Assembly: GCA_040954595.2 (NCBI GenBank)
Contig: CM082593.2
Span: 11,896,653 to 11,960,652 of the forward strand
Reading direction: 5' to 3'
Origin: Balanoglossus misakiensis
Lineage: Eukaryota; Animalia; Hemichordata
Length of the DNA: 64,000 nt
Part shown: positions 37,624 to 50,500 of the stretch, piece after piece
How positions within the stretch are numbered: position 1 is the stretch's first letter
Layout: every line of letters begins with the position of its first letter
Position numbers and translations under genes: made by a program
Notes under the pieces: model-generated
The model's database searches: none
Seen by the model: only the letters and a program-made list of their open reading frames with translations
Told to the model about the DNA's origin: nothing

Positions 37624-39644
37624 GTAAGTATTGAAATCCCTTTTCTTCTTGTCTCGATTTGAACATGGTTCCACAAGTTGTTTACATCACTTGTAGTTTT
37701 ACATATTTTTTGAGGTCAACAGCTAGCTATACATGGTGTCCTGAGAAGTCAACCAGTATGAGAAGTCGGTCTCGGCCAGTACGAGAAGTCGGCCTGTGGG
37801 AGAGAACCCTGGTACTTTGTGTTATATATAACTGTTTCACTACGAAATGTTTCCTTGATGTACAGGAGCTGAGATATTTGTACAAATAGCCGATGAATTT
37901 TAAAACTGTCTGTTCACTTTTCATGTACGTCACCGGGGTACGTCAACATCAGTCACCTGCACTTCTTGAGCTGCGCCAGTAGTCTGTTCCTTGTCACGTT
38001 TGTTTGTTTGTTTGTTTGGTGTTGTCTCAGAAAGTATGAATATACACATACATCTTCTATGTATTTTAGTAGGCTTTGAAACAACTCCCTTTAATCAGAA
38101 ATGTCACAGGAATTTGGCGAACAAGCTAAGCTCCTTACGCGGATACGAGGCTGGGGAACCGGTATGGATGCCAGATGCCATTATTTGAAATGACGTCATT
38201 GTGTTGTCAAGAATTTGGGAAATCCGTCCAAATGAAAATATTTAGTGCAATTATATTTTAATAAGTGTTGTTATAAGTAATCTGGGTCATTACTGCACTA
38301 TTCGGGTACAAGTTCAACAACTGGCCAACTTCTCATACTGGCCGACTTCTCATGCGCGCGTACTGGCCGACTTCTAATCTGGCCGACTTCTCATGTATTC
38401 CTATACATTAGTGAAAATTGGGCAAACTGGTGTTTTCAGACAACTTATGAAGTCCTTGTCTCAATGGAGGTACCTGCCAACAACAGGTAAATTCTTGTAC
38501 TGCCACAATTTGCATGTGCACAGAGTGTTACTAGGGAACCAGTTGTGAGACAAGTAAGTTTGAATCTGTAGCAGTTAATAATGATAATTATCATTTTTTT
38601 ATTATGATTTAAACTTCACTGATGTTGTACAAACACAAAAATAGAAAGGGATAGCAGCTTAGCTCTATTCCGTTTCGAAAGTTTTTGTTCTTTTAAACTA
38701 CCTGTGCATTTTTTTTATTTATTCTGATTATGCTAATATGCTAATTTGTCGGTTTGTCACATCACAATTTTTGTAGGAAACTCAGCCACTTACATACATT
38801 CATAATCACATGACATTGATGATCATGGAAAATTTGACCCTTTTCCTTGCAGGACTCAACCAGTGTCAACCAAATCCGTGCCAGAATGGTGGCTTCTGTC
38901 AACCGGCTCGAAATTCCTGCTTTGATCTCACCTGCATATGTACTGGTTGCTACAAAGGTGATAGGTGTGAGATATGTAAGTATACAGCGCAGTCTCTTTT
39001 ACCTTTTGTCTCTGATGCATTCAAATACTGCATGTTTCCTGAGCATAGGTGTAGCCATCTCCACAGCAGAGCTTGGAGAGTTCTTGACATCGAATGCAAG
39101 ATTACACTCTTTCCAATCAAAATCACTTTCGTGGCGCATAATGTCTTGATTGTCTTGGTTCAAGAAACATTATGCGCGACTGGCCAATTTTACTGCCTTT
39201 TGTCAACACACATCCACTATGGAAATTCTCACTCCAGGCCAGATAGTGTAAATTTACATATGAGTCTACAGGTGTGCTTGAAGTCAAGTCAAGCATTTGC
39301 AAGGAACCCTCCTCCAGTACACAGGTCTTTGATTTCATGAAGGGAAGCCCTTGCCTCACAGTCACTGCCACATGATCTATGGAGGTGTGAACAACTTGAT
39401 ACCTGCCTAATATAAGTTGTAGGCACAATCACTCCACACACCCTTGCCATAATTCTGCAAGGTTTTTGCCATATCTGTACTGTAGAATGAGTAGCAAGGA
39501 ATAAAATGGCGTCCTTTCTTAATTTCCAGTGCAAAACCCCTGTGATCCCAACCCATGTATGAATGGTGGATTTTGCCAGCAAACATCGTGCAATTTCTAT
39601 TCATGCCAGTATGTGAACTCTTACACAGGTGACATCTGTCAAAC

Positions 39645-40528
39645 CATAGACCCTAGAGAAAGAAGGACGAGCAACTGCGGCAAAGATCAAAGGGTTTGGG
39701 GATTATCTGTATGATGATGTTTTTTGCATATAATTAACACCCAGGACAGTTGGACAATGACTTCCTTACTTCGGCACGTGTCAACCCCACCAGTGATGCG
39801 AAAACTTGCCACCAAACTGGCACTCCTGCATTTCAGCAGCCACTGCGTTTTTTTCTAAAATTCTAAAAGTATTACGATGTCTGTGATAATTATTATGGTT
39901 TGGTGTTCGTCTGTCGGTTGAACGGTCATTTCTAGTGCCACAAGCTTCATTTAAAAATTGTAAACAAATCATCCATATTTTTTGCATGTCCGACTGGGCA
40001 CTCATATTTCTTAGTAACGCTGACACTTTTCGTAATAATTTTATGTTTGCGTGAAGCATTGAAATAAAAATTGTGGTTTAGGGGCATTTTATTTCGCAGT
40101 GCGTGAACAATAAAACAGATTTCACGAAAACAATTTGTAAACAAACTGGGTGGATTATCATGTGTGCGCTATTGCCGCCAGGCAACCCTCGGTACGGTTA
40201 GCTCACAGCCTTGTGAAATACCCGGACTGTTAGACAAAAGATGCTTGTTTTGGACGCTGTCAGACTCAGATTCAAATTCCTGTTTAACTTGTCCAGATGT
40301 GTTCCATAAATAATCGCTGCGTTCAACCACGTTGCAGTTTTCTCGTCTTCTGCGAGATGTTCTGAGGTGTTGTGATAACTTCACGCAAAACACGAGACTT
40401 TGCGTTAGTTTATACACAGTTTATTTGCAAATTGGATTATTGGGATTTATCTGGAAATAATGTATGCAAAAGAACATCATTTCAAGAAAAAACTGGAATT
40501 GCGCGTCCTTCTTTCTCTAGGGTCCATG
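39645..40528. mobile_element. P-element-like MITE, 30 bp TIR, 7 bp TSD, inserted in an EGF exon
   Basis: gtcaaac|catagaccctagagaaagaaggacgagcaa ... ttgcgcgtccttctttctctagggtccatg|gtcaaac. The exon resumes as aa|gtgagt. Confidence 0.88.
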
Positions 40529-42635
40529 GTCAAACAAGTGAGTATATACTTTCAAGACACCCTGCAAACAAACAAGCAATCTTCATTCCGTAGATCTTTT
40601 AAGCTTATTTATACATTGTAAATTTTGATGTGAAACTTTATTGGTCTTGTTGCCAAACTTCTGAAGAAATGAGGATATTGTTTTGAAGGGTATTTTATCA
40701 GTAGGTAACAAATACCATGGCCCTCCATGCAAATACCCACATGGTAAATTAAAACTGTTACAGATGTATTTGATTTCCACATATTGATTACATGTGGGAT
40801 AATATTGGGTGCTGACAGTTTCAGTAAATGAACTGCTCTTAAAAGTTGGGCGTCAGGGCACCCTTGATTTTGCCTGTTCCAAGCTAGAATGGTCTGTCCA
40901 TATGAATATTTGTTCAGCAAGTTACAAGCAATCTTTTAAGTTTGGAATGAAAAAATAGTGAAATGACTTGTGATGTTAATATGCAATTGTTGGTTGATTT
41001 ACATGCAACCCCCAGGACTCGATCAATGTGAGCCAATCAGTGGATCGTGCAGTGCGTTTACCTGTCGCTGTCAAGGCTGTTTCATTGGAATCACCTGTGA
41101 CCAAGGTAAATTTATCAGACGAGTAACTGTTTTTCCCCCCTCATACCGGTATATTTGTCATAGCTGGCAGCTATGAAATTACCTGTATATTTAGGATGTG
41201 ACAAACCAAATAGGCACTTTCAGGAATTGAGTCTTTTTTGCAATTACCACAGTCCTAAACTCCCAAAAGTATAATAAGTAATTCTTATTGTTCAGTTATA
41301 CATTAAGGAGGCTTAGTTATAGGAGAACCCGATAGAACCACAGCTGTAGGAATTAAGGAAATGGTCATACCCTAAAAACTTATGTCACTACTATTTATTT
41401 TTTTTCATTCCATTGAAACAGAACAAACTCCATGTAGGCCAAGTCCATGCCTGAACAATGGGCAGTGTACTCGGCTGTCGTGTACAACTTATGAGTGTAC
41501 TTGTCCAGGATGTTTCACCGGCACACACTGCAGCCAGTGTAAAACTCATTAAAACAAACGTTTTGTCATGCAGGAACTAACATTTACAATCATGTCTCAA
41601 TACATTGTCTGTTGGTCATACTTTATATTTTCATCTTCAGCATCACACCTTTGGCCTTGGGAATCGTTCACCTCAAAAATGATGTACAACTGAAAGAAAA
41701 CATGTTTATTTGAAGAAAAAAATGTTGATCGTTCATGAAAATTTTCCCTACACAAGATACATATACAGAGATTTTCATAGCCCCACAAGTGCGTCCCAGA
41801 ATGAGCAAGTTGTTTTTGGAAGTGAAGTTCCGTTCAGTATTTACAGTAATGGTAATGATGATGTTTTTATCAAACAGATTTTGAAAGTAAATATTGCTGA
41901 GATAACATTAGGTTGCACTTTTTATTGCAGTCCAAGATCCATGCCAGCGAAACAGCTGTCTCAACGGGGCTGTATGTAATGCAGTGGCCAACTCCTGCAC
42001 GGCATATACCTGTGCCTGTACTGGTTGCTATGAGGGTAACCGTTGTGAAATATGTAAGTTTCTGACGTACCGTAAATGACAATCTTTTGGGCACTTTCTC
42101 TTCATGGCAATTGAATTGTGTGGTAACTTCTCATTTCTAAAATTTCCCCAAGAGAAAAGAAAGGAAAAGGAAACAGAAATTTCATTTGTATGTCCGTGCA
42201 ATTTAGGATAGGCACGAACTTGTGAGGAAGTGTACGAAGCTGGATGTTTTCATCACTCAAATATACAAGAGTTGCCTCTTGAAGACTAGTGTCTGTAGAG
42301 ATAATTGTGCATGTGAGGTAATTTCTCCTAAGGTGGTGCACACATCTGTTTATTAAGTAAAAGGGACGTCCTTAATTATCCTTACTATTTGGCTTGAAAA
42401 ATCAATCTTACTAGGTGTTCTGATTAGAGAGGTGTCCATAAAGAGAGGTTTTACTGTATTACCCAAAAATAGAGACATTGTCCCTTCATCATATACTTAA
42501 TGCGTGTTCTGGGTATGGTTCCAGTATAATGCTTGTGTCAAAGGATTTTGTTGTGGTGCAGGAATCATCTTTAGTTGAGGTGTAGCCATCTGCATTTCAT
42601 GTTTTTTAAACCATTTTTTTTCTGATAGTCATTAA

Positions 42636-43227
42636 AGCCTCAGTATTTCTCGTAGGGGCAAAATTTTGTTTGAAACGGCATCTATAATTTATAAAAGTAG
42701 ATGATAATTGATACTGAATCGAACAGTCATCATCCCCAGCTCTGCTCATAAACTCATACAATTTACAATATAACGGGTGAAGAATGACTTTCTGTCCGGA
42801 CAGAAAGTCAGGCTGTGTTGACACACGTGACTAGTGCGCATGCGCACTCAAATGTGAATCTATGCGGAAGAGGTTTGGTCGCCCCAAATCAAGCGACTCA
42901 GCGAAGAAATGCGCACTAATTCGGCGAAATTTTGGGAAGATAACTTTATGGGAGAAATCAGTCGATGGAACCAGATCAAATCCGAAAAAGGTCTGACCAT
43001 CAAATGTCAAAGTGGCACGTTTGCTGATCGACATGTACAACATTTCCGTTGTAAACAAACCCGCGCATCATTTCAAGTGTTACGGGCAATATTTACAGCT
43101 TGCACGTAGCTACAGTTGCCCAAACCTTTCTTCTATCTTCATTATGTAGTATTCCATGATGAATGTACAGGAAAAACGGGCATTTTTCGATGATGAAAAA
43201 TGGATAAACACGAGAAATACTGGGGCT
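42636..43227. mobile_element. TTAA-targeting MITE (Kolobok-like), inserted in an EGF exon
   Basis: TTAA|agcctcagtatttctcgt ... acgagaaatactggggct|TTAA. Empty site cattaacccatg in copies 1 and 2. Confidence 0.88.
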
Positions 43228-44549
43228 TTAACCCATGTGATCAGAATCTGTGTCAAAATGGAGGCTATTGTTCCCAAACACCAAATTCTTATACTGACTA
43301 CACCAGTTACTGCCAGTAGTGTTGGACGGGGGCCATCTGTGCCGTAGGTGTGTCGAATTCAACTGTTTTATGACACAGCGTGGTATATAAACCCTCATTT
43401 TTGGTATTCTCAATGTGATAGATGGACCCGTACACCAATAAATGGGGTGGAAGCATTACAAAGTTTCATCCTTTCAAAATTTGCTGATGTAGGGTCAAAA
43501 TTGAGTGTGAGGTGCACGTTAAAAAGGAAAGCCTTCTGTATCATGTTGATGGCACATTTTTTAATTTTTCAAGATTCTTACAGAAAAATCCTAGCATCAT
43601 TATGTTATTTTAAATGTACAGGTTTGAAACAAGGAATGAAGACATTGCTCACTTATATAATTTAAACAAAATGAACATCACAAGTACATGTACAAGTTTT
43701 TGACAAGCAGGTCATTGATACTTTCATTTTTGTTTTGGCAGCCATTGATCAGTTATACTCTATGCCTTGTCAAAATGTGGTGGCACATGCGTTGCGTGAG
43801 ACGGCTGTTTCCAGTTTGACTGTATGTGTGCCGAATGCTTCACTGGTGCCACATGTACAATGCGTAAGTACAAACCAATATTATTTTATTCAATGCAAAA
43901 CACTTGTTATGTATTATATAATATAAATATGGTACACATATTAAAGCCCTGGTAACTCAAACTTTGGGCTAGCTTAATGTTATCACTATTTTCGTTTTCG
44001 GTTGCAACTGTGGTTTCTTGTCGCACTCTAAAGGATTTCACAGCATTTGGTTTTTCAAAACAGCCCTTTGGTTGTTGTCAGGTATACATGTACACGACTG
44101 CTGAGTGTAGTTTGTAGATTCTGTAATTTTGACAATACCTTGACTGCACTGTTCTAGTGATTTTCTGTAGATTTTAATTCCTGCTTTTTCAAAATAATGT
44201 TCAGAAGTTCTCAGCTTTCTCAACAACCCATACAGGAAACCGGCAATGGTGTGGATGTTCACATCCCATTTATTTTGATGGGCCTTTATCAGTGAATTTG
44301 TGTGTCTGTGTGTTTCAGTGCTTTGAGCCTATAGTGATGTTTTCCTGCTCAATATTCTTTCTTTTTGTCTATACAGGAATCAACCAGACAACCAGTGTGT
44401 ACCCTCTCCTTGCCTAAACAGTGGAATTTGCTCGCAAGTACCGGGTTCCTGTACACAGTTTACATGTTATTGTTTCAACTGCTCTACTGGTGACACATGC
44501 ACTGACCGTAAGCCTATAACCCCAATTTCTATGGTTTTCTGTAACATTT

Positions 44550-47500
44550 TAACATTTATTATTAGAGAGTGATGCAGAGAGAGAATGGGATGGAGAGAGG
44601 GGGAGGAGAAGAGAGAGTTCAAGGGTCAAGGGTTAGAGTTCAAGGGTCTAAGGTCAAGGGTTGGAGATCAAGGGTCAAGGGTTAGAGTTCAAGGGTCTAA
44701 GGTCAAGGGTTGGAGATCAAGAGTCAAGGGTAAGAGTTCAAGGGTCAAGGGTTAGCGTTCAAGGGTCAAAGTTCAAGGGTCAAAGTTCAAGGGTTAAGTT
44801 AAAGAGTTGGAGATCGAGGTCAAAGGGTCAAGGGTAAGAGCTCAAGGGTCAAGGGTTGGAGTTCATGGGTCAAAGGTTCAATGGTTAGAGTCCAAGGTTC
44901 AAGGGGTCAAGGGTTAGAGTTAAAGAGTTGGAGATCGAGGGTCAAGGGTAAGAGCTCAAGGGTCAAGGGTTAGAGTTCATGGGTCAAACATTCAATGGTT
45001 AGAGTCCAAGGTTCAAGGGGTCAAAGATCAAGGGTTAGAGTTCAATGGTCAAAGGTCAAGGGTTAGAGTTCAAGAGTTGGAGATCGAGGGTCAAGGGGGT
45101 CTAGGGTATGAGCACAAGGATCAAGGGTTAGAGTTCAATGGTCAAGGGGTCAAGGGTCAAGGATTTGAGTTCAACGGTCAAGGGTTAAAGTTCTCGAGCC
45201 AATGATTTGAGTTCAAGGGTCAAAGGTCAAGGGTATGAGTTCAAGAGTTGGAGATCGAGGGTCAAGGGGGTCAAGGGTCAAGGGTATGAGCACAAGGATC
45301 AAGGGTTAGAGTTCAATGGTCGAGGGGTCAAGGGTCAAGGATTTGAGTTCAACGGTCAAGGGTTAGAGTTCAAGAGCCAAGGATTTGAGTTCAAGGGTCA
45401 AAGGTCAAGGGTTAGAGTTCAAGGGGTCAAGGTCAAGGATTATAGTTGATGGGTCAACAGTTGGCGTTCAAGGGTTAGAGTTTAATGGTCAAGGGTTCTA
45501 GGGTCAAGGGTTTAAAGGTCAAGCATTAAGGGTCAGTTGTCAAGTTTAGGGTTTAAGGGTCAAGAGTTTAGTTTCAAGGGTCAAGGGTTGGAGTTCATGG
45601 GTCAGAGGTTCAATGGTTAGAGTCCAAGGTTCAAGGGGTCAAGGATCAAGGGTTAGAGTTCAATGGTCAAGGGGTCAAGGATTTGAGTTCAACAGTCATA
45701 GGGTTAGAGTTCACGAGCCAATGATTTGGGTTCAAGGGTCAAAGGTCAAGGGTACGAGTTCAAGAGTTGGAGATCGAGGGTCAAGGGTCAAGGGTATGAG
45801 CACAAGGATCAAGGGTTAGAGTTCAATGGTCGAGGGGTCAAGGGTCAAGGATTTAAGTTCAAGGGTCAAAGGTCAAGGGTTAGAGTTCAAGGGGTCAAGG
45901 GGCAAAGGTCAAGGATTATAGTTGATGGGTCAACAGTTGGCGTTCATGGGTTAGAGTTTAATGGTCAAGGGTTCTAGGGTCAAGGGTTTAAAGGTCAAGC
46001 ATTAAGGGTCAGTTGTCAAGTTTAGGGTTTAAGGGTCAAGAGTTTAGCTTCAAGGGTCAAGGGTTAGATTTCAAGGGTCAAAGGTCGAGGGTTAGAGATC
46101 AAATGTCAAGGGTAAGAGTTCAAGGGTCAAATGTTAGTGTTCAAGGGTTAGAGTTCAAGGGTCAAAGGTCAAGGGTTAGAGATCAAGAGTCAAGGGTAAG
46201 AGTTCAAGGGTCAAATGTTAGAGTTCAAGGGTCAAGGGTTAGAGTTCAATGGTCAAAGGTCAAGGGTTAGAGTTGAAGAGTTGGAGATCGAGGGTCAAGG
46301 GGTCAAGAGTAAGAGCTCAAGGGTCAAGGGTTGGAGTTCATGGGTCAGAGGTTCAATGGTTTGAGTCCAAGGTTTAAGGGGTCAAGGATTAGAGTTCAAG
46401 GGTCAAAGGTCAAGGGTTTGAGTTCAAGAGTTGGAGATCGAGGGTCAAGGGGGTCAAGGGTTAGAGTCCAAGGTTCAAGGGGTCAAGGATCAAGGGTTAG
46501 AGTTCAATGGTCAAGGGGTCCTGGGTCAAGAATTTGAGTTCAAGGGTCAAAGGTCAAGAGTTAGAGTTCATGAGCCAAGGATTTGAGTTCAAGGGTTAGA
46601 GTTCACGAGTTGGAGATCAAGGGTCAAAGGTCAAGGATTATAGTTGATGGGTCAACAGTTGACGTTCAAGGGTTAGAGTTTTAGGGTCAACGGTTAAAGG
46701 GTCAAGCATTAAGGGTCAGTTGTCAAGTTTAGGGTTTAAGGGTCAAGAGTTTTTTTAAGGGTCAAAGGTCAAAGGTCAAAAGTTAGAGATCAAATGTCAA
46801 GGGTAAGAGTTCAAGGGTCAAGGGTAAGAGTTAAGGGTCAAGGGTAAGAGCTCATGGGTCAAGGGTTGGAGTTGAAGAGTTGGAGATCGAGGGTCAAGGG
46901 GTCAAGGGTAAGAGCTCAAGGGTCAAGGGTTGGAGTTCATGGGTCAGAGGTTCAATGGTTTGAGTCCAAGGTTTAAGGGGTCAAGGATTAGAGTTCAAGG
47001 GTCAAAGGTCAAGGGTTTGAGTTCAAGAGTTGGAGATCGAGGGTCAAGGGGGTCAAGGGTTAGAGTCCAAGGTTCAAGGGGTCAAGGATCAAGGGTTAGA
47101 GTTCAATGGTCAAGGGGTCCTGGGTCAAGAATTTGAGTTCAAGGGTCAAAGGTCAAGAGTTAGAGTTCATGAGCCAAGGATTTGAGTTCAAGGGTTAGAG
47201 TTCACGAGTTGGAGATCAAGGGTCAAAGGTCAAGGATTATAGTTGATGGGTCAACAGTTGACGTTCAAGGGTTAGAGTTTAAGGGTCAACGGTTAAAGGG
47301 TCAAGCATTAAGGGTCAGTTGTCAAGTTTAGGGTTTAAGGGTCAAGAGTTTTTTTCAAGGGTCAAAGGTCAAAGGTCAAAAGTTAGAGATCAAATGTCAA
47401 GGGTAAGAGTTCAAGGGTCAAGGGTAAGAGTTAAGGGTCAAGGGTAAGAGCTCATGGGTCAAGGGTTGGAGTTCATGGGTCAAAGGTTCAATGGTTAGAG

Positions 47501-50500
47501 TCCAAGGTTAAAGTGGTCAAGGGGTCATAGGTCAAGGGTGAGAATTTAAGTGTTGGAGATCGCGGGTCAAGGGGTCAAGGGTCAAGGATTATAGTTGATG
47601 GGTCAACAGTTGGCGTTCAAGGGTTAGAGTTTAATGGTCAAGGGTTTAAGGGTGAAGCAGGGTCAGTGGTAAGGTTCAAGGGTCAAGAGTTTTGGGTTCA
47701 AGGGTCAAAGGTCAAGGGTGAGAGATCATGACTCAAGGGTCAAATGTTAGAGTTCAAGAGTGAAGGATTAGAGTTCAAGGGTCAAAGGTCAAGGGTCAAA
47801 GATCAAGGATTATAGTTGATGGGTCAACAGTTGGCGTTCAAGGGTTAGAGTTTAATGGTCAAGGGTTCTAGGGTCAAGGGTTTAAGGGTCAAGCATTAAG
47901 GCTCAGTTGTCAAGTTTAGGGTTTAACATTTATTATTAGAGAGTGATGGAGAGAGAGAATGGGATGGAGAGTGAGGGGGAGGAGAAAAGAGAGTTCAAGG
48001 GTTAGAGTTCAAGGATCAAAGATCAAGGGTTAGAGATCAATAGTCAAGGGTAAGAGTTCAAGGGTCAAAGGTCAAGGGTTAGAGTTAAAGAGTTGGAGAT
48101 TGAGGGTCAAAGGTTCAAGGGTAAGAGCTCAAGGGTCAAGGGTTGGAGTTCATGGGTCAAAGGTTCAATGGCCAGAGTCCAAGGTTCAAGGGGTCAAGAG
48201 TTAGAGTTCAAGAGTTGGAGATCGAGGGTCAAGGGGTCAAGGGTAAGAGCTCAAGGGTCAAGGGTTAGAGTTCATGGGTCAAAGGTTCAATGGTTAGAGT
48301 CCAAGGATCAAGGGTTAGAGTTCAATGGTCAAGGGTCAAGGGTTAGAGTTCAAGAGTTTTAGATCGAGGGTCAAGGTGGTCAAGGGTCAAGGCTATGAGC
48401 ACAAGGATCAAGGGTTAGAGTTCAATGGTCAAGGGGTCAAGGGTCAAGGATTTGAGTTCAACGGTCAAGGGTTAGAGTTCACCAGCCAAGGATTTGAGTT
48501 CTAGGGTCAAAGGTCAAGGGTTAGAGTTCAAGAGTTGGAGATCAAGGGGTCAAGGGTCAAAGGTCAAGGATTACAGTTGATGGGTCAACAGTTGGCGTTC
48601 AAGGGTTAGAGTTTAATGGTCAAGGGTTCAAGGGTTAGAGATCAAGAATCAAGGGTAAGAGTTCAAGGGTCAAATGTTAGAGTTCAAAGGTCAAGGGTTA
48701 GAGTTCAAGGGTCGAGGGTTGGAGTTCATGGGTTAGAGGTTCAATGGTTAGAGTCCAAGGTTCAAGCGGTATAGGATCAAGGATTAGAGGTCAAGGGTTA
48801 GAGTTTAAGAGTTGGAGATCGAGGGTCAAGGGTCAAAGGTCAATGATTATAGTTGATGGGTCAACAGTTGGCGTTCAAGGGTTAGAGTTTAATGGTCAAG
48901 GGTTAGGGTTAGGGTTTTGGGTTCAAGGGTTAGATTTCAATGGTCAAAGGTCAAGGGTTAGAGTTCACGAGCCAAGGGTTAGAGTTCAAGCAACAAAGGT
49001 CAGGGGTATGAGTTCAAGAGTTGGAGATCAAGGGTCAAAGGGGTCAAGGGTCAAGGGTATGAGCACAAGGATCAAGGGTTAGAGTTCAATGGTCAAAGGG
49101 TCAAGGGTCAAGGATTTGAGTTCAACGGTCAACGGTTAGAGTTCACGAGCCAAGGTTTGAGTTCAAGGGTCAAAGGTCAAGGGTAAGAGTTCAAGGGGTC
49201 AAGGTCAAGGATTATAGTTGATGGGTCAACAGTTGGCGTTCAAGGGTAAGAGTTTAATGGTCAAGGGTTCTAGGGTCAAGGGTTTAAAGATCAAGCATTA
49301 AGGGTCAGTTGTCGAGTTTAGGGTTTAAGGGTCAAGAGTTTAGTTTCAAGGGTCAAGGGTTGGAGTTCATGGGTCAGAGGTTCAATGGTTAGAGTTCAAG
49401 AGTTGGAGATCGAGGGTCAAGGGTCAAGGGTATGAGCACAAGGATCAAGGGTTAGAGTTCAATCGTCAAGGGGTCAAGGGTCAAGGATTTGAGTTCAACG
49501 GTCAAGGGTTAGAGTTCACGAGCCAATGATTTGGGTTCAAGGGTCAAAGGTCAAGGGTACGAGTTCAAGAGTTGGAGATTGAGGGTCAAGGGGGTCAAGG
49601 GTCAAGGGTATGAGCACAAGGATCAAGGGTTAGAGTTCAATGGTCGAGGGGTCAAGGGTCAAGGATTTGAGTTCAAGGGTCAAAGGTCAAGGGTTAGAGT
49701 TCAAGGGGTCAAGGCGCAAAGGTCAAGGATTATAGTTGATGGGTCAACAGTTGGCATTCAAGGGTTATAGTTTAATGGTCAAGGGTTCTAGGGTCAAGGG
49801 TTTAAAGGTCAAGCATTAAGGGTCAGTTGTCAAGTTTAGGGTTTAAGGGTCAAGAGTTTAGTTTCAAGGGTCAAGGGTTAGATTTCAAGGGTCAAAGGTC
49901 GAGGGTTAGAGATCAAATGTCAAGGGTAAGAGTTCAAGGGTCAAATGTTAGAGTTCAAGGGTCAAAGGTCAAGGGTTAGAGATCAAGAGTCAAGGGTAAG
50001 AGTTCAAGGGTCAAATGTTAGAGTTCAAGGGTCAAGGGTTAGAGTTCAATGGTCAAAGGTCAAGGGTTAGAGTTGAAGAGTTGGAGATCGAGGGTCAAGG
50101 GGTCAAGGGTAAGAGCTCAAGGGTCAAGGGTTGCAGTTCATGGGTCAGAGGTTCAATGGTTTGAGTCCAAGGTTCAAGGGGTCAAGGATTAGAGTTCAAG
50201 GGTCAAAGGTCAAGGGTTAGAGTTCAAGAGTTGGAGATCGAGGGTCAAGGGGGTCAAGGGTTAGAGTCCAAGGTTCAAGGGGTCAAGGATCAAGGGTCAG
50301 AGTTCAATGGTCAAGGGGTCCTGGGTCAAGAATTTGAGTTCAAGGGTCAAAGGTCAAGAGTTAGAGTTCACGAGCCAAGGATTTGAGTTCAAGGGTTAGA
50401 GTTCACGAGTTGGAGATCAAGGGTCAAAGGTCAAGGATTATAGTTGATGGGTCAACAGTTGACGTTCAAGGGTTAGAGTTTAAGGGTCAACGGTTAAAGG

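Larger units (their letters stand above)
19715..37811 (+). repeat. Tandem segmental duplication, copy 2
   Basis: Colinear with copy 1. It differs by indels: longer Gypsy gag, about 3.9 kb replaced by satellite filler, longer LINE, TTAA MITE present, 427 bp TIR element absent. Confidence 0.97.
37812..44150 (+). repeat. Tandem segmental duplication, copy 3 (partial, more diverged)
   Basis: Colinear with about 1-6825 apart from indels. Similarity ends after ttgactgcac near 44149. Confidence 0.95.
38452..44507 (+). pseudogene. Tandem EGF-like exon array, copy 3 (partial, disabled)
   Basis: Exons at about 38452-38553 (truncated), 38853-38975, 39530-40537 (split by a MITE), 41016-41105, 41422-41538, 41931-42053, 42629-43347 (split by a MITE), 43742-43863 (frameshift), plus a unique exon at 44377-44507. 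Confidence 0.88.

Noticed and set aside
48895-48920. True telomere or interstitial telomeric array
   Set aside because: Only about two TTAGGG units are present, easily derived from the surrounding gggttag motif.
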